Positions 11,401-21,929 of a stretch of DNA of 64,000 bases are shown here, piece by piece; the first letter of the stretch is position 1; every line of letters starts with the position of its first letter. Source of the DNA: Picochlorum sp. SENEW3 (taxonomy: Eukaryota); the NCBI GenBank assembly GCA_034226945.1, contig CP120456.1:1116001-1180000 (forward strand), in the 5' to 3' direction. The notes under the pieces are model-generated. The model saw nothing but the letters and a program-made list of their open reading frames with translations. It was not told the origin of the DNA and did not search any database. A program made the position numbers and the translations under genes.

Positions 11401-11769
11401 ATATCCTTTGCTATTTCCCCTCTCGTCCTGGCTCCCTCGTCCATATATATTCTTCACCTTAACACAATCAACCCAGAGGGGTCTATATCCCAGGATTTCA
11501 GCGACGTAGGACCTCAGACCTTGCTTCAAAAGCCTCAAGGGTATGAGCCTAAAGGCAAGCCCCAAGTTCCTGCTGGAAACCATATACATCTTGCCATCGG
11601 TCCCCAGCCACACCACCACGCCGTACAATGCCCCATAGCGTTGAATTAGAGTCTCTACGTGGTTACAGATGCGGGGAATAGCGTCCGAAAACGCCTCAGT
11701 CTCTCTCCAAAACTCCCAGACGTCCCTGTCTTTGTACAGCTCGTGTAAAGGGAGGGCCATTTCCTGCAC
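8500..11769 (-). CDS. KDZ (Kyakuja-Dileera-Zisupton) transposase with SWIM-like and CxC cysteine clusters; probably the last exon
   Basis: SWIM-like CSC..C....CVH. KDZ-type motifs CPIC..IIMDG, GGVFTCMCQHGV, VVYDFAC, VDAFHW..H..C and NTEACEQ. The ORF starts at a probable splice acceptor (TTTCTGTGCAG, ~11763). Confidence 0.85.
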   Translation of the reverse strand: MQEMALPLHELYKDRDVWEFWRETEAFSDAIPRICNHVETLIQRYGALYGVVVWLGTDGKMYMVSSRNLGLAFRLIPLRLLKQGLRSYVAEILGYRPLWVDCVKVKNIYGRGSQDERGNSKGYHNKKAAFSLLQKRLAKSHALPVVALVHANNKYLTLCHPQKDTKMQNMLEKVIKYYQSLSNDGCMPKIKPNFSFLPPSLHVDSSCRLKRPSNLSSRPNRRKKTPKTRDCRSPGDEWEAMEFVHEPGSVPWYCHAIKDPNGTGVAALIKSDMYYKWAFADARCHGPGGSMRVHHNLLVEVESGLDPMGHLRCSCAVFRNCLEPKECVHTLYTRVNSERLRSMAFSKEGEVVTIMKNNSSTAGYYVDGCFVRMQGDRGLRCDSDKAYYCRHVSRVREALHLDVEPGEEESEGSLDPCSSSSDDEADVLPTNAWITDTSKSFKIEYPYSSVLEEAVMERLLFGFSRDKEGTPLGPLQPPMPTSITCECGLPYTRRGFEETDPVTVYMRPPHCARTLPCMVLKCQRGAPECTLHYTGLEDGLWRASKTVAVELDLLVRCARDFVGFRGHSLTAQRDSISEMYDMVSRTNPTESFLVANAFRKAVYGVASCLQFDIKGIERSLREGCGAAMPPNAMMCPICQDSPDVIIMDGTSMSISASLCSAESFTARRGTITKKRPHLMVERCFFNVSNGTNEVPERRAGQRREVIKLVQDFESWIESKDTPQGFVGIHRVRSLADTWNLGDFVAWVHESCREGRLSVVDRKAVKAMLRELRSDSPTTSYLSYESSIDLDGCLEAGRVVGQAVMDKVGPIVKNLLRIVQAPGQEGAVIPIGWVSFLREIIERSRWISEINCGERELGDDIPHPCEASAVNGDFLRNGVCCGLPRLRFRPPYACDGQKEDSKVSEKDKASCKHAFHKPGKRTGGVFTCMCQHGVAYASFIIKNAEGRDEPFTFLTCYLKKAPRVVVYDFACALMDYCLNRAPDFFKFTLFVVDAFHWVNHVACARSFSIKLYSEMKDIASMTQNTEACEQINAAMKRFKPVLSRMGQRPFIALLRLFLTQWNISKYHKLIRYSMARPRPEQVQVHAPDQQ

Positions 11770-12192
11770 AGAAATTGCTCAGATGCGGATAAGAAAGATG
11801 AAAATATATGATTATACCGATATAGCATCATGGGTAGAGATTGCAACAATGTGTGAGAGAGCAAAACGCACATGTATAGGACATGCTCAAACTCTCGTTC
11901 AAGGTGTAGGTCACCGAGGTGAGCGTTGCAGCATGAAGATTGCCAAAATAACTTTAAAGTGTAGATTGATTGTACATGCGAAGAATTGTGCACAGTACTT
12001 GTGTATCCAGTGCGAATGAGATGAGTCAAGATTGCCCCTCGATCGGGGGTTTTTAGGACCCGGGGCTAATGACTGGTATTGATATTGACAGTCTCAGAGT
12101 GGTGTAAGATGGTTACATTTACAATCGACACAGGTTGCCTTCCGTCAGGCATGGTGTGGAACCCTGATCAGGGTCTTTCGTGACGGAGGGAG

Positions 12193-15100
12193 TCATGCTG
12201 GACCGTGTCGGTCAGAGAGGAGGTGTTTCACGATGGTGAGCTGCCGCGGAGTCGGGAGAGCAGTGAGCTTGAGGCCTTCCCGGGATGTTTTCCTGGACAG
12301 CATCACGTACCCCATGCCCGGAGCGAACAGGTCTCTGAAGTCCATCAAGGTGGGCCCCGTAATGGAGGCACCTTGACACCTGTGAATGGTCATTGCCTTG
12401 GCAAGCATCAATGGAAAGGTCTTTCGGACAAATTGGTGCCCATCGAATTTGATCTCCTCCTGCTTCCTGGTGATCCCCACCGGAACATCATGGCCGTGAA
12501 ACAGCACATGTATGGTCTGAATGGATGGAGAATCGCGCTTTCTGGTGATGGACGTGACGATGCCACGATCGCCATTGAAGACGGGATTGGCAAGACTGCC
12601 AAAATTCTGGGTGCACACCACCGAGCAGCCTATTGCAATTTTCTGGAGGGAATGAAACTTTTCCGAAAAGCACCATTCCTTCTTCTGTCTCGCCGCTTTG
12701 CCATTCACTCGGGCAATGTCTTCATAGTTGGATACCATGTCCACCGGAATAATGTCGTAGCGTGGGAACTGTGCGTGCAGCGCAGCGGTGTTGAAATAGG
12801 CAACCTTTTTCAAATGAGCATGCAGCGAGATGGCCCCAGGCTGGGACATGAATTGGATCCACGTATCGTTGCATGCCGTGTCATACTCGTCCTGAACGAT
12901 GGTGCCGTCTCGATCGGGGCGTAAGACGCAGTGTCCCAGGACCCGTTCTATGTCTGCCTGTGTGGGCGGCGCATGGAGCATGTTCTGCAGGAATTCAGCA
13001 AACTCCGGATCCTGTCGCTGCCGCTCCGATATTTGCAGCGTATGCTGTGTGGCGAACTGGAAGTAATGACACCTTTCCGTCAAGCAACTCGTGCAAACAC
13101 TTGCTGCCAGATCCTGGATGTTACTGGACTGGTCGTCTGACTTGTGGTGGTCGCTATCCTCTGCACTCGACGATCCAACAGACTTGCAATGACAGATGGG
13201 AGGCAGCTGATTGGGGTCTCCCACCAAAATGACTGCCTTGGTCGTAAAGACATCTTCGACACGGCTCGCATGGGGATCCACAGAGGCATATTTGGCCAAC
13301 GCAGTTTGCAAAAAGTTGCCTGTGAGCATAAAAGCCTCATCAATAATGAGGACTTTGGAGCTTTGACAAATGGCATACTGCTTACTCTCCGTCCTGACAG
13401 TGCTGTGCAAAATGCTCCTTTTGTATCCAGGTCCAATGGACAAGGCGCTGTGCAGGGTGGATCCATCTGGCAGGTTGCGCGCTGCCGCGCCAGTAGATGC
13501 GGTGACAAGGACACGTTGCTTCAATTCCTGGGTGCAGTGTTGGATGATCTTTTTGATCAGGAAGGTCTTTCCTGTTCCAGGGCCACCATTGATGACGTGC
13601 AGTCCCGTAAAGTTCGATCGACATAGAGCATCGAAGACGTTTTGCTGATCCTCGTTCAGTGGGACCGGGCACTGCAGGGCGAGATGGCTCTCAGGGAATT
13701 CATCGGTCTGAAAGGCAGTGGTCCGGTCGTCCCTGTCTCTGACGTTCGCACCAGTCTTGTAATACTCTCTCAATTTAGCAACATCCGTGAGGATACAGTA
13801 CTTGGTAATGTTGTAGTCCCTGTAGTACTGTTGCAAATGTTGAGTCAACTTGAGCGACACATCACGCTCCAGATCTTCATCCGAATCTACCATGCCCAAG
13901 GCTTGGCACTTTTTGAAATACGAGCCTTCCGTCAGCAGCGTGCCCTCCATCCTAAAGGATACGGTCGATAACAGCAGATTGTAGAAAAACCCTTCTGGCA
14001 ATGCTGTGGGTGGATGGTTGGTGAAATGCACAATCTGCGGGCATTTGTGTCTGTACACAAACCTATTCTTTTTGTCCTGGCCAACATACAGGTCTTCACC
14101 TTTCAATCGCTTTTTGAGCACCCTGTATGACCTGAAATACTCGGGGTAGGTGATGTGCTCCATCTCTGGGAGGTCGGGCCTATTTTCGTAGTAGTCCATG
14201 TGTGGCGTGATGACACCATTGCTGCAACTGAGCATCGTCCGGCGAATCTCCTGTGGTTCTGTCCGGATGTACAGGAAAGGGCATTTGATCCAGCGCCCAT
14301 CGTGTTTCATCCGCATGTCCGCTACAGGGATTCCCAGACATTGGAGGGAGGCCTCCACGTGGCTGACAGGCTGGCTCTGTGTGGCAGCATTGACCACTTT
14401 GACGACTGCAGGGTCGATGCGCGCCATGTTCAGTTGCCTCTCAACTTCGCCATTGACCTCCAGCTTCCCGGTGGGTTCCGATTTCATCGTGTATTTGCAG
14501 ACGTAGAAGGACAGTTCCGAATGGGTGACTCTCTTGAGGTTCATGTGGCCATTCCAGGCCATCAGTAGCTGCACGTGTAGAGTAATGAAAAACAGTCAGG
14601 GAGCAGTAGACACATCACACAGAAAAGATCTCGAATTGAAACGTACGAGTGGGTCGTATTCGACGACATTTCTGCTTTCGTAATTGGGGCAATAGTAATC
14701 GTACGAATTATTGAGCTCGTCCAGTTCAATGTCACCCAGATGGATGCCATGGGGAAAGTGGAGTTTACACCCTCCCCGACGGAGGCATTTGCCGTTGCAG
14801 TTGTGTATTTGCTTTCGACTGATAATCTGATGCAGTCTATACTTTCCAGGATTGGTGGCGGCATCAGGACGCTGCAGGGTTCCATCAGGCCCCTCGTCCA
14901 GCAGAATGTCTCTTTGAATCTGGTTGCTGTACCGGGCCACGGATTCTGGTGTGGACCACAGAAGGATGTGCGCGTGCACCGCCTGCCTCCCTTGCATTTC
15001 GTATCGGCATGTATACTTGGTAATATCCCCCAGTCGTTTCATTCCCCCTAGAATGAAATAATTCATGAAATTGGTGACTCGGTGATGGAAGAGGACAGCA

Positions 15101-17765
15101 GCCTCTGCTTGGCAGTTGTTCATTTTTAGTTTGTACGCCCCACGGTCTTCTCGCAAATTATTGAGCTCCGCCAGTATCTCATCCATCTGTTTGTATTCGT
15201 CCCATTTCAGTTCGGTAATGTTGTCCACCGTCAGAGTCAGGAAATAATCTGGCATGCCAGATTCCTTGGTCAGAGCATTGATCTGATTGACTTTGATGCG
15301 CCACCACTGAGGAGAGAAATCAATAGTTCCTGGCACTTTGTATTTAATCAAGTGGCGGATACACTTTTCTTCACTCTCGTTGGGATGCGTAATCCTCCTC
15401 CTTTTGTATGCGTCTGTCAAGGTGAATTTTCTTTGTGACGTTGTGTACTGCATCACAATCAATATTTGGTACATCATCAGAATGTACTCCTGTACCAGGG
15501 TAAATGGAGAGAATAAGCACGACAGCCTATTCTTTAGATACTGACCGAATTCTCCCACAAACGACTGCTTGCCTGGTGGAGGAATGAAGTGGCCTGTGCC
15601 TTGAGGAAACAGATATGGAAAAATTGTGTTCTCGGCCGTCATGGGAACATCGCTGTTCGGCAGATGCAGCAGCTCCAACTCCTCTGGTACGTCCTCGGCA
15701 GTATCAGTAGAATCATCTGAGGATGGACCAGGCTCGTCAACAGTATGGGCTGTAGGATACTCCCCGCTCTCGCTCGTAGTGTGCTGCCTTCGGATACTGG
15801 CAATGCCACTGGGATAGCAGGCAAGCTGTTCGGGTTCGCACAGACTGGAATTCCTATCTACATATCTTGGGTACACCTTTCCGACATTCATCGCCGTTGA
15901 CCCATACAATGCATTCCTGTACACAGGATCGTTAGCAACGATGATCATATCCTGTTCGTGGGCCTGCATATCACAACAAACATGGTTTGGTGACTTGCGA
16001 GTACGGCTGACAGCATGCAACAGATAACACATACCTGATCTGTACTATTGGAAGGATCTGTACCGGCACCAGCCGTGGTTTGAGAGTCAGAAGGACCTGG
16101 ATCATCATGTGAGGGAGAGTCACCATCCTGCATGAAGAAACAGTGTGTCAGTTCACTATTGTGAAGCACACATGTACAAAACTGTACATACCACTTGATC
16201 GCTACGTTCCGTGTCTTCTACAGGCCTTTGGTATATCGCAGGGTTACGATTACGAGCAACTTCCAGGATTGACTCCACTATTCCAGGTGCCAGATATCTA
16301 TTCAGCAGGAGATCAGGCACTTCCGCCATAGGTCTCAGCTTGCGATACACAGGATTGGTCACCAGATTTGTAAACAGGACTGATTGAGCCCCGGGATGTA
16401 TGAGAAGTCTGCCATGTTCCCCAACAATCAGGTTATCCACGCCAACATCAGCAAAATCTTCATCCTCATACCGAGTGCCAGCCTCTCTGACAAGTGGTGC
16501 CAGAAACATGTTGAACGCCTTGGCCATTCCAGTACTCCCGCAGCTGTACTCGGTGAATTCGTAGCCAACGTCCACGCACTGCAACAGCTGCCGTTCTCGA
16601 GGGTGGCACCCAAGCAGGACACCTGCATACTGTTTATTCTCCATGACGTCAAAGTTCACCTCCCAGTCCGTCGTCCTTTTGTTATGAGTCCGATTCTTTG
16701 TCACGTTATGGCATGTCTTGCATTGTTTCCAACATATTTGGCCCCGTCCATTTCGAAATGTGTACTTTCCTGGCAGAGTGGGGTTGTTCCGTTGAGCACG
16801 GCACTTTCCATCTTCCACATCGGCCCGGTGCCCCTGGACATTCACAAATGTTGGATTCAGCGATCCACCCAGCTCGCATGCCCCGCACAGGCAGCACCGT
16901 GCCATTTCCGTAAAGGTTTTAGAGCACAGGTCATCCCATTCTTTTGTCGCCTCTAACAGCAAATCATAGTACTTTCTGCCTCTTTCTCGGCCACATGCTT
17001 CAATTTCAAATATTTGATTGCTCAATCGTGCGATTTCTGGATTACAATAGTCCACCGCAGGCGATCCAGCGTCATCGTCGTTGTCTGACAAATTGTCCAG
17101 CTCCTCGTCTTCAAGATGGTAGTCTGCATCGTCCTCATCTCTCGGGCGACGACGTGGTCTTCTCCTCGATCGAGAAGAAGAAGAACGTATATTGGCGTGT
17201 CCATGACTGTCATCTGACATTTGCATGGCCTCGTGCTCTTGGAAGCTCGAGTCATGTAACGGGACGAGATCTCTAGTGGCTGGTAAGGTCTCGTTCCGCC
17301 AGAGGTGTCGAGGTGTGTCACTCCTCAACACTACCTTTTTGTCATACCACTGTGAAAACATGTGCGGGGCCCGAGGTCGTGATAGCCTGTGGGGCAGCAG
17401 TGGAAGGTTGCCTTGATGTTGTCAGAGCCTTATATTAAATATATTCGCGATATACATATCTTAGAAGTTATAGAAGTTATCGTCATATGAATGGGGCATG
17501 GCATGTATAGCTTCATGGACATTCTCGAAGCTCTGGGGAGCATGGCCTCATGCCTCTCGTAACAGGTCACCATGAGCCCTGTTACAAGTCAAAAGGATCA
17601 TCCACGCCAGTGTCATCGTCGAAGAGCAAGAAGTCTCCATTCTGCAGGTGTGTCTTCCTGGTGGCACGCCTTCTGGGTCTTCCGGACTCGACAGGCGTAC
17701 CTTGAGTTTCAGAGTTTCTTCTTGCTCTTGAAGACGTTGCACGTCCTAATATGCGTCGGTCGGTC
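12193..17765 (-). CDS. RepHel protein (HUH endonuclease + PIF1-type SF1B helicase), spliced, interrupted by a solo LTR
   Basis: Rep motifs PDYFLTLT, YEMQGRQAVHAHILLW and YVCKY. Helicase motifs GGPGTGKT, IIDEAF, VGDPNQLPP, AMTIHRCQG and YVMLSR. Frame-preserving GT-AG introns at 14569-14646, 15964-16034 and 16128-16191. The 5' start is uncertain. Confidence 0.88.
17255..17586. mobile_element. Solo LTR (332 bp)
   Basis: TGTAAC...GTTACA termini with a 5-bp TSD AGTCA (17250-17254, 17587-17591). The empty site, with a single AGTCA, is in the Helitron copy at ~3810. Confidence 0.9.
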
Positions 17766-18330
17766 CTGTAGTTCACAGTGAAGTCTGCGTCCTCTACATG
17801 TTTAGAGTTACACATGACCAATGTTAATTAATTATTAAAGGTTGCTGAAGGTTCGATCTTTTTACATGATTATTCCAAGTATCACATATTGATAGCAGTC
17901 AACATGGTCTTTAAGGATGAAATGTTTGGTCAACTCAGCACATCATAGTAGCACGTTGACTCTCCTGTCACCAGGTGGTGCCCAGTCAACCCTTCAGTCC
18001 AAGTCCGACTATCGCGAACATTAGTCGCAATATCTTCCTCATCTTTGAATCGATCAGTAGGTCTTTAGGAACAAATCCTGTCTTTTTTAATCTTCTTGTC
18101 ATTTCGTCGACCAGAAGAAGCCACAGTTCAACTTGGTACAATCAGAAATTCGTCCAAATCACCGCATTTCCCCCTTCCACCAGTCCTCACGAGGTGAGTT
18201 TTGGACCATTCGACGCAGAACAGGCTTCTTAGTCGGATTAGGCCCTCGGCGGGATTAATTAGGCAGGCACAGGCCCGGCAGGCGGCGAATTAGGCCACAG
18301 TTCTTATTCGGGATATAAGGAGCCCCATTA

Positions 18331-18478
18331 ATTAGTGTGGGTTACAGCACCAGCCTGGGAGCTCCCGGTCGATCGACCGTCGCGACGGATCCGTTCCTCC
18401 GGAGGAATTCGTCCGTCGGAGGCCCCACTCCAGACATCGTTGGCGAAGAGGAAAAAAATAAGAAAACAGAGAAAAACA
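18331..18478 (-). mobile_element. Detached 3' terminus of the LINE-B copy at 38142-43200
   Basis: Reverse complement of about 899-1019. It continues seamlessly at 38142 when compared with the intact copy. Confidence 0.85.
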
Positions 18479-18479
18479 T

Positions 18480-20696
18480 TCTCGCGGGCCCCTTATTGAC
18501 GTGAGTCTCATGACACTTCAATCGACATAGTGATGTTTGGATGGAAAGGGCGGATGGACCGCCCTTTCAGTAGGCCAGGTTTGGCCAAGCCCCATGGGCT
18601 GGGAACATGCATGTACTGACAATTCTGTGGTGAGACTGAAACCTTGTATGGTCCTTTGTATGGATTTCCAAGCGTTCTTGGTTTCTTTGACATCCGTTCT
18701 AATTCACATGATCCTAGAAAATCCTTTGCACTACAGCAGTATAGACTGATCACTGGATCAACTGGCATTGCACAAATGCAGTTGTCGACACGCCATCAAA
18801 GCTCTATTTGCGGTTTCTCATTGCCTAATATCGATACAAATCTCCCAAATCCGTGAATCGGCTGAGCAGACCTGCGTTTCCATTGTTGGACTCACATCCC
18901 CTGTAGCAGAGAGCTACGTCCCTGTGGGAGGAGATCTCTTGTAAACATCTAGGGAAAGGAGATCCCTAGGAGAAATCTAGTCATCATGGTCATTTCCTGA
19001 GAAGATTTATTCTCATTCGGCAACTTCAAATTCAAACCATCCTGTGAAAGAAGAGATAACCCTCTGTACATTGGTTGGTATTCTACCCCATCCACTTCTA
19101 TCGAACCTCACTGCGTGTGAAGGTTGAACGTTTTTCTCTGTGTCGGCAACGACACGAGAGTGACAAGGCAGTATATTGTGTACCCTGCGAAGGAAATCCA
19201 GGCCACGACTGGAAATGTACGCTGTCACATCCCCCATCTGCAAACTGGTACATATATCTCTTCAGTAGGAGGGAAAGGCTTGCAATGTAACTGCTTTCAT
19301 ATTCAACATCAACCCCCGCTGAAGCGCTGCACCTACATTGATTCTGTCTAGAATCAGAACACACACCAATCTCGATGGCATGCTTGATCTTCATGATCAA
19401 ATGTCACAGCTCGAGAGAACCACATTGATTCTACTACTATAAGGTTTGTATTGTTGCCTCTGTGCCAATAATGAGCAGCTATATTGGCCATCAATCGTCA
19501 CGTTCACAATCTCATGTACATATGAGCTTTGGGCTAATGCATCGCGCATCATGGCCACAAGAGCACCCACTGAGAGCCATAAGAAAGCAATATGGTGATA
19601 TGCAAGCATTTGAGCGGACAGTGGCACAAACGAGCTTGTTATGGACCGACAGAAGTCCGAAGGCATACTCTAGAGATCAACAAGTTCATGATACGGTTTC
19701 GATACATTCGTACCGCAGGAACTGACGGAGATACTGACGCCCACCTTCATTGGAAATAGGCTGCGGTGTGGATGGTCTCAGGACCATCAGCACTTGCATA
19801 CAATCCGCAGAAAATCGTACTGCTCACGGATATCACCCGCTTATCGCGACTGTATATGTTTCCATGATGCTTGGCATTGAAGTGTTGGCTGTAACTGTTC
19901 CATTTGAGAGATGACTTGGCTGCATGAGCATTGCAGCATCTGGTCATTATGACATTTGCGCGTGGGAGTGTCACGATAGATGGCATTCAGGAGCAAATAT
20001 GCATCAAAACATGGCAGATTGCTGTAGAATATGTCCCCCCCTGGGCGATGAAATATGGTGCAGTTAGCCTTGAGCAATGACAACCTTGGCCCAAACTCAA
20101 GTGTCATGAATCGACTATTGTCGCCCAATAAAATGCCATTTTGAACGGACAGTTGGACACTCTCGATCCGTGAAGAACAGCATCCCATCACAGTGGAACT
20201 TTGACCGTTCCGAAAATATCAGGCGAATTGTAATATTCTCGGTCAAAATTAGCCTGTGATGGGAGACCAATGTGGCACTGTATGCTCCCCTGAGCTGCCT
20301 CTGATACCCGTCAGGCGTCGACAGAGAATCCTGCAATCCATTTCTTCTGGAATATCAAAGCCCAATAGGTGAATTGACAGCCAACACCGTGACACAAATA
20401 CCAACCAGAGGTGCGCACGGACATTCGACCGTTAACGACGCCCAAATTTGGCCAACTCCTGTAGCCCTGGGCGGTATTAATGAGCAGGATGATGTACTAT
20501 CTTATGTATCATATATAGTTGTATTTCTATAGCGCTTCAACGGCGTTCATGGGGCACCACAAAAGTTCGGGCATCTGAATTTACGCGAATTTTTCACTAA
20601 ATCGACGCTCGCGAACGCTGCGCGGCGGGCTTCGTACCCCTCGCAGTCTCGATAACCTTATATTACAATACTAGTCATTTTTATGTACACAGTGTA
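18480..20696. repeat. 2.2-kb dispersed repeat, copy 1; no convincing ORF
   Basis: Highly similar to the reverse complement of 52069-54286. Confidence 0.85.
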
Positions 20697-20825
20697 ATTT
20701 ATCCTGCTGCAGGGAAGCGGGAATCGCGTTTGTGGTTACAGCTATATAAAGTTATTCCCCCCTATAGGCCCGTAACAAATAAATATATAGGTATAAAAAA
20801 ATAAAGAAATATATATAAACAATAA

Positions 20826-21196
20826 TTGATCAAAGATCGTAGTGTTTCTGAACATAACGAGAAGCTCATACTCCTCATCGAGAGGCAACCTGCGACGATG
20901 GCCACGGCTGTCGCCAACCTCCAGAACTTTATGGAGGCTCTGCGAGAAGCAGAAAAAGCAACAAAGTCAGCAAGAGTGACTTTCACCACCACCCTGCAGT
21001 GCGAGAATGGAGAACCGGAACGTTCGTACATTCAAAATTTGAAATTGCGAATCGACCGATCCATCATCTTGCACCTCGAACAAGGGTTGCAAGCCTACGG
21101 AAATCAACCTTTATTGCAAGATAACATTGAAGATCCCCACAAGATGATGTTCACGGAGGAGAAGATCGGCCACCACTATGCCACCAAAACAAAGAC
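20826..21196 (+). mobile_element. LINE-A ORF1, N-terminal part
   Basis: Joins in frame (TKTK-TLRIFW) to the minus-strand segment from 28922 once the LTR element is removed and the inversion is undone. Confidence 0.8.
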
Positions 21197-21243
21197 TGTA
21201 ACAGTACGAGGGTTGTACTGTTATGGCGCACCCGTGGAGGAGT

Positions 21244-21297
21244 GTTCTAGAACCTTCTAGAACCCATGACGTGACAGTGTTCATGAAATGTATAAAT
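21244..21297 (+). promoter_or_regulatory. Heat-shock element (four nGAAn units) + TGACGT + second HSE + TATA box in the LTR
   Basis: gTTCtaGAAccTTCtaGAAc at 21244-21263, gTTCatGAAa at 21279-21288, TATAAAT at 21291. Present in all four LTRs. Confidence 0.75.
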
Positions 21298-21682
21298 ACC
21301 ATGCTCCAGCCCTAGGCTGGAGGACTTCAAATATTACTATTTTTCTTATAGTGTAACGTCGGACCAATGGAACAACTAGTATCATTATATGGGCCCCGCA
21401 TGATATATTTGGGACGCTTACTCATTGTGTTGCAATGAGTACTCCCACGACGACGACACTTTTGAACAGGGAACACCTCGCCCCTGTTACAGTGGTTTCA
21501 GACTCCGACACGAAGCACACGGCGTCGTTTCAAGCAAGACGTGGCTTGAAGGGCTCGTGTGGTTCGCTCGAAATTATAGGAATTCAGTTTACTACCTCTT
21601 CCAGCAGGTATGGGACTGCTGCACAGTTGGGAACGCGTGTGGTACAGACCTTGGCCAGGAGACGTCCACGCGAACGCGGTTC

Positions 21683-21750
21683 GGAAGCTTCTAGAAACGC
21701 GTCTTCTAGAAGGTTCTAGAAGCCAGAGAGGATTGGGAATTTCTATAAAA
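21683..21750 (+). promoter_or_regulatory. Internal heat-shock elements + TATA box in the 5' UTR
   Basis: gGAAgcTTCtaGAAa at 21683-21697, cTTCtaGAAggTTCtaGAAg at 21703-21722, TATAAAA at 21744. Confidence 0.65.
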
Positions 21751-21929
21751 GGACAGCGACACGCGGTAGTCTGGCATAAGAAATTCAAACATAAAACAGT
21801 ACAGACTACATAGTGGTGTCCAGTACATTTCGAGTTGTTGTACTACTATACTAGAAACATATTTGTTGTCCCTCGCATTCTTGTTGCTGAAGAGAAACAA
21901 ACACGGGTCCGGAAGGTGAAGAAAGCAAA

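Larger units (their letters stand above)
12030..18330 (-). mobile_element. Helitron-like rolling-circle transposon
   Basis: Carries a Rep-helicase gene. The 5' end is defined by the second copy (4548). A GC hairpin (CCCCTCGATCGGGGG) at ~12035-12049 lies downstream of the stop; the 3' boundary is approximate. Confidence 0.75.

Noticed and set aside
16156..17361. Stand-alone 401-aa gene
   Set aside because: It is a Helitron exon. Its apparent start lies inside the solo LTR and its end runs into an intron.
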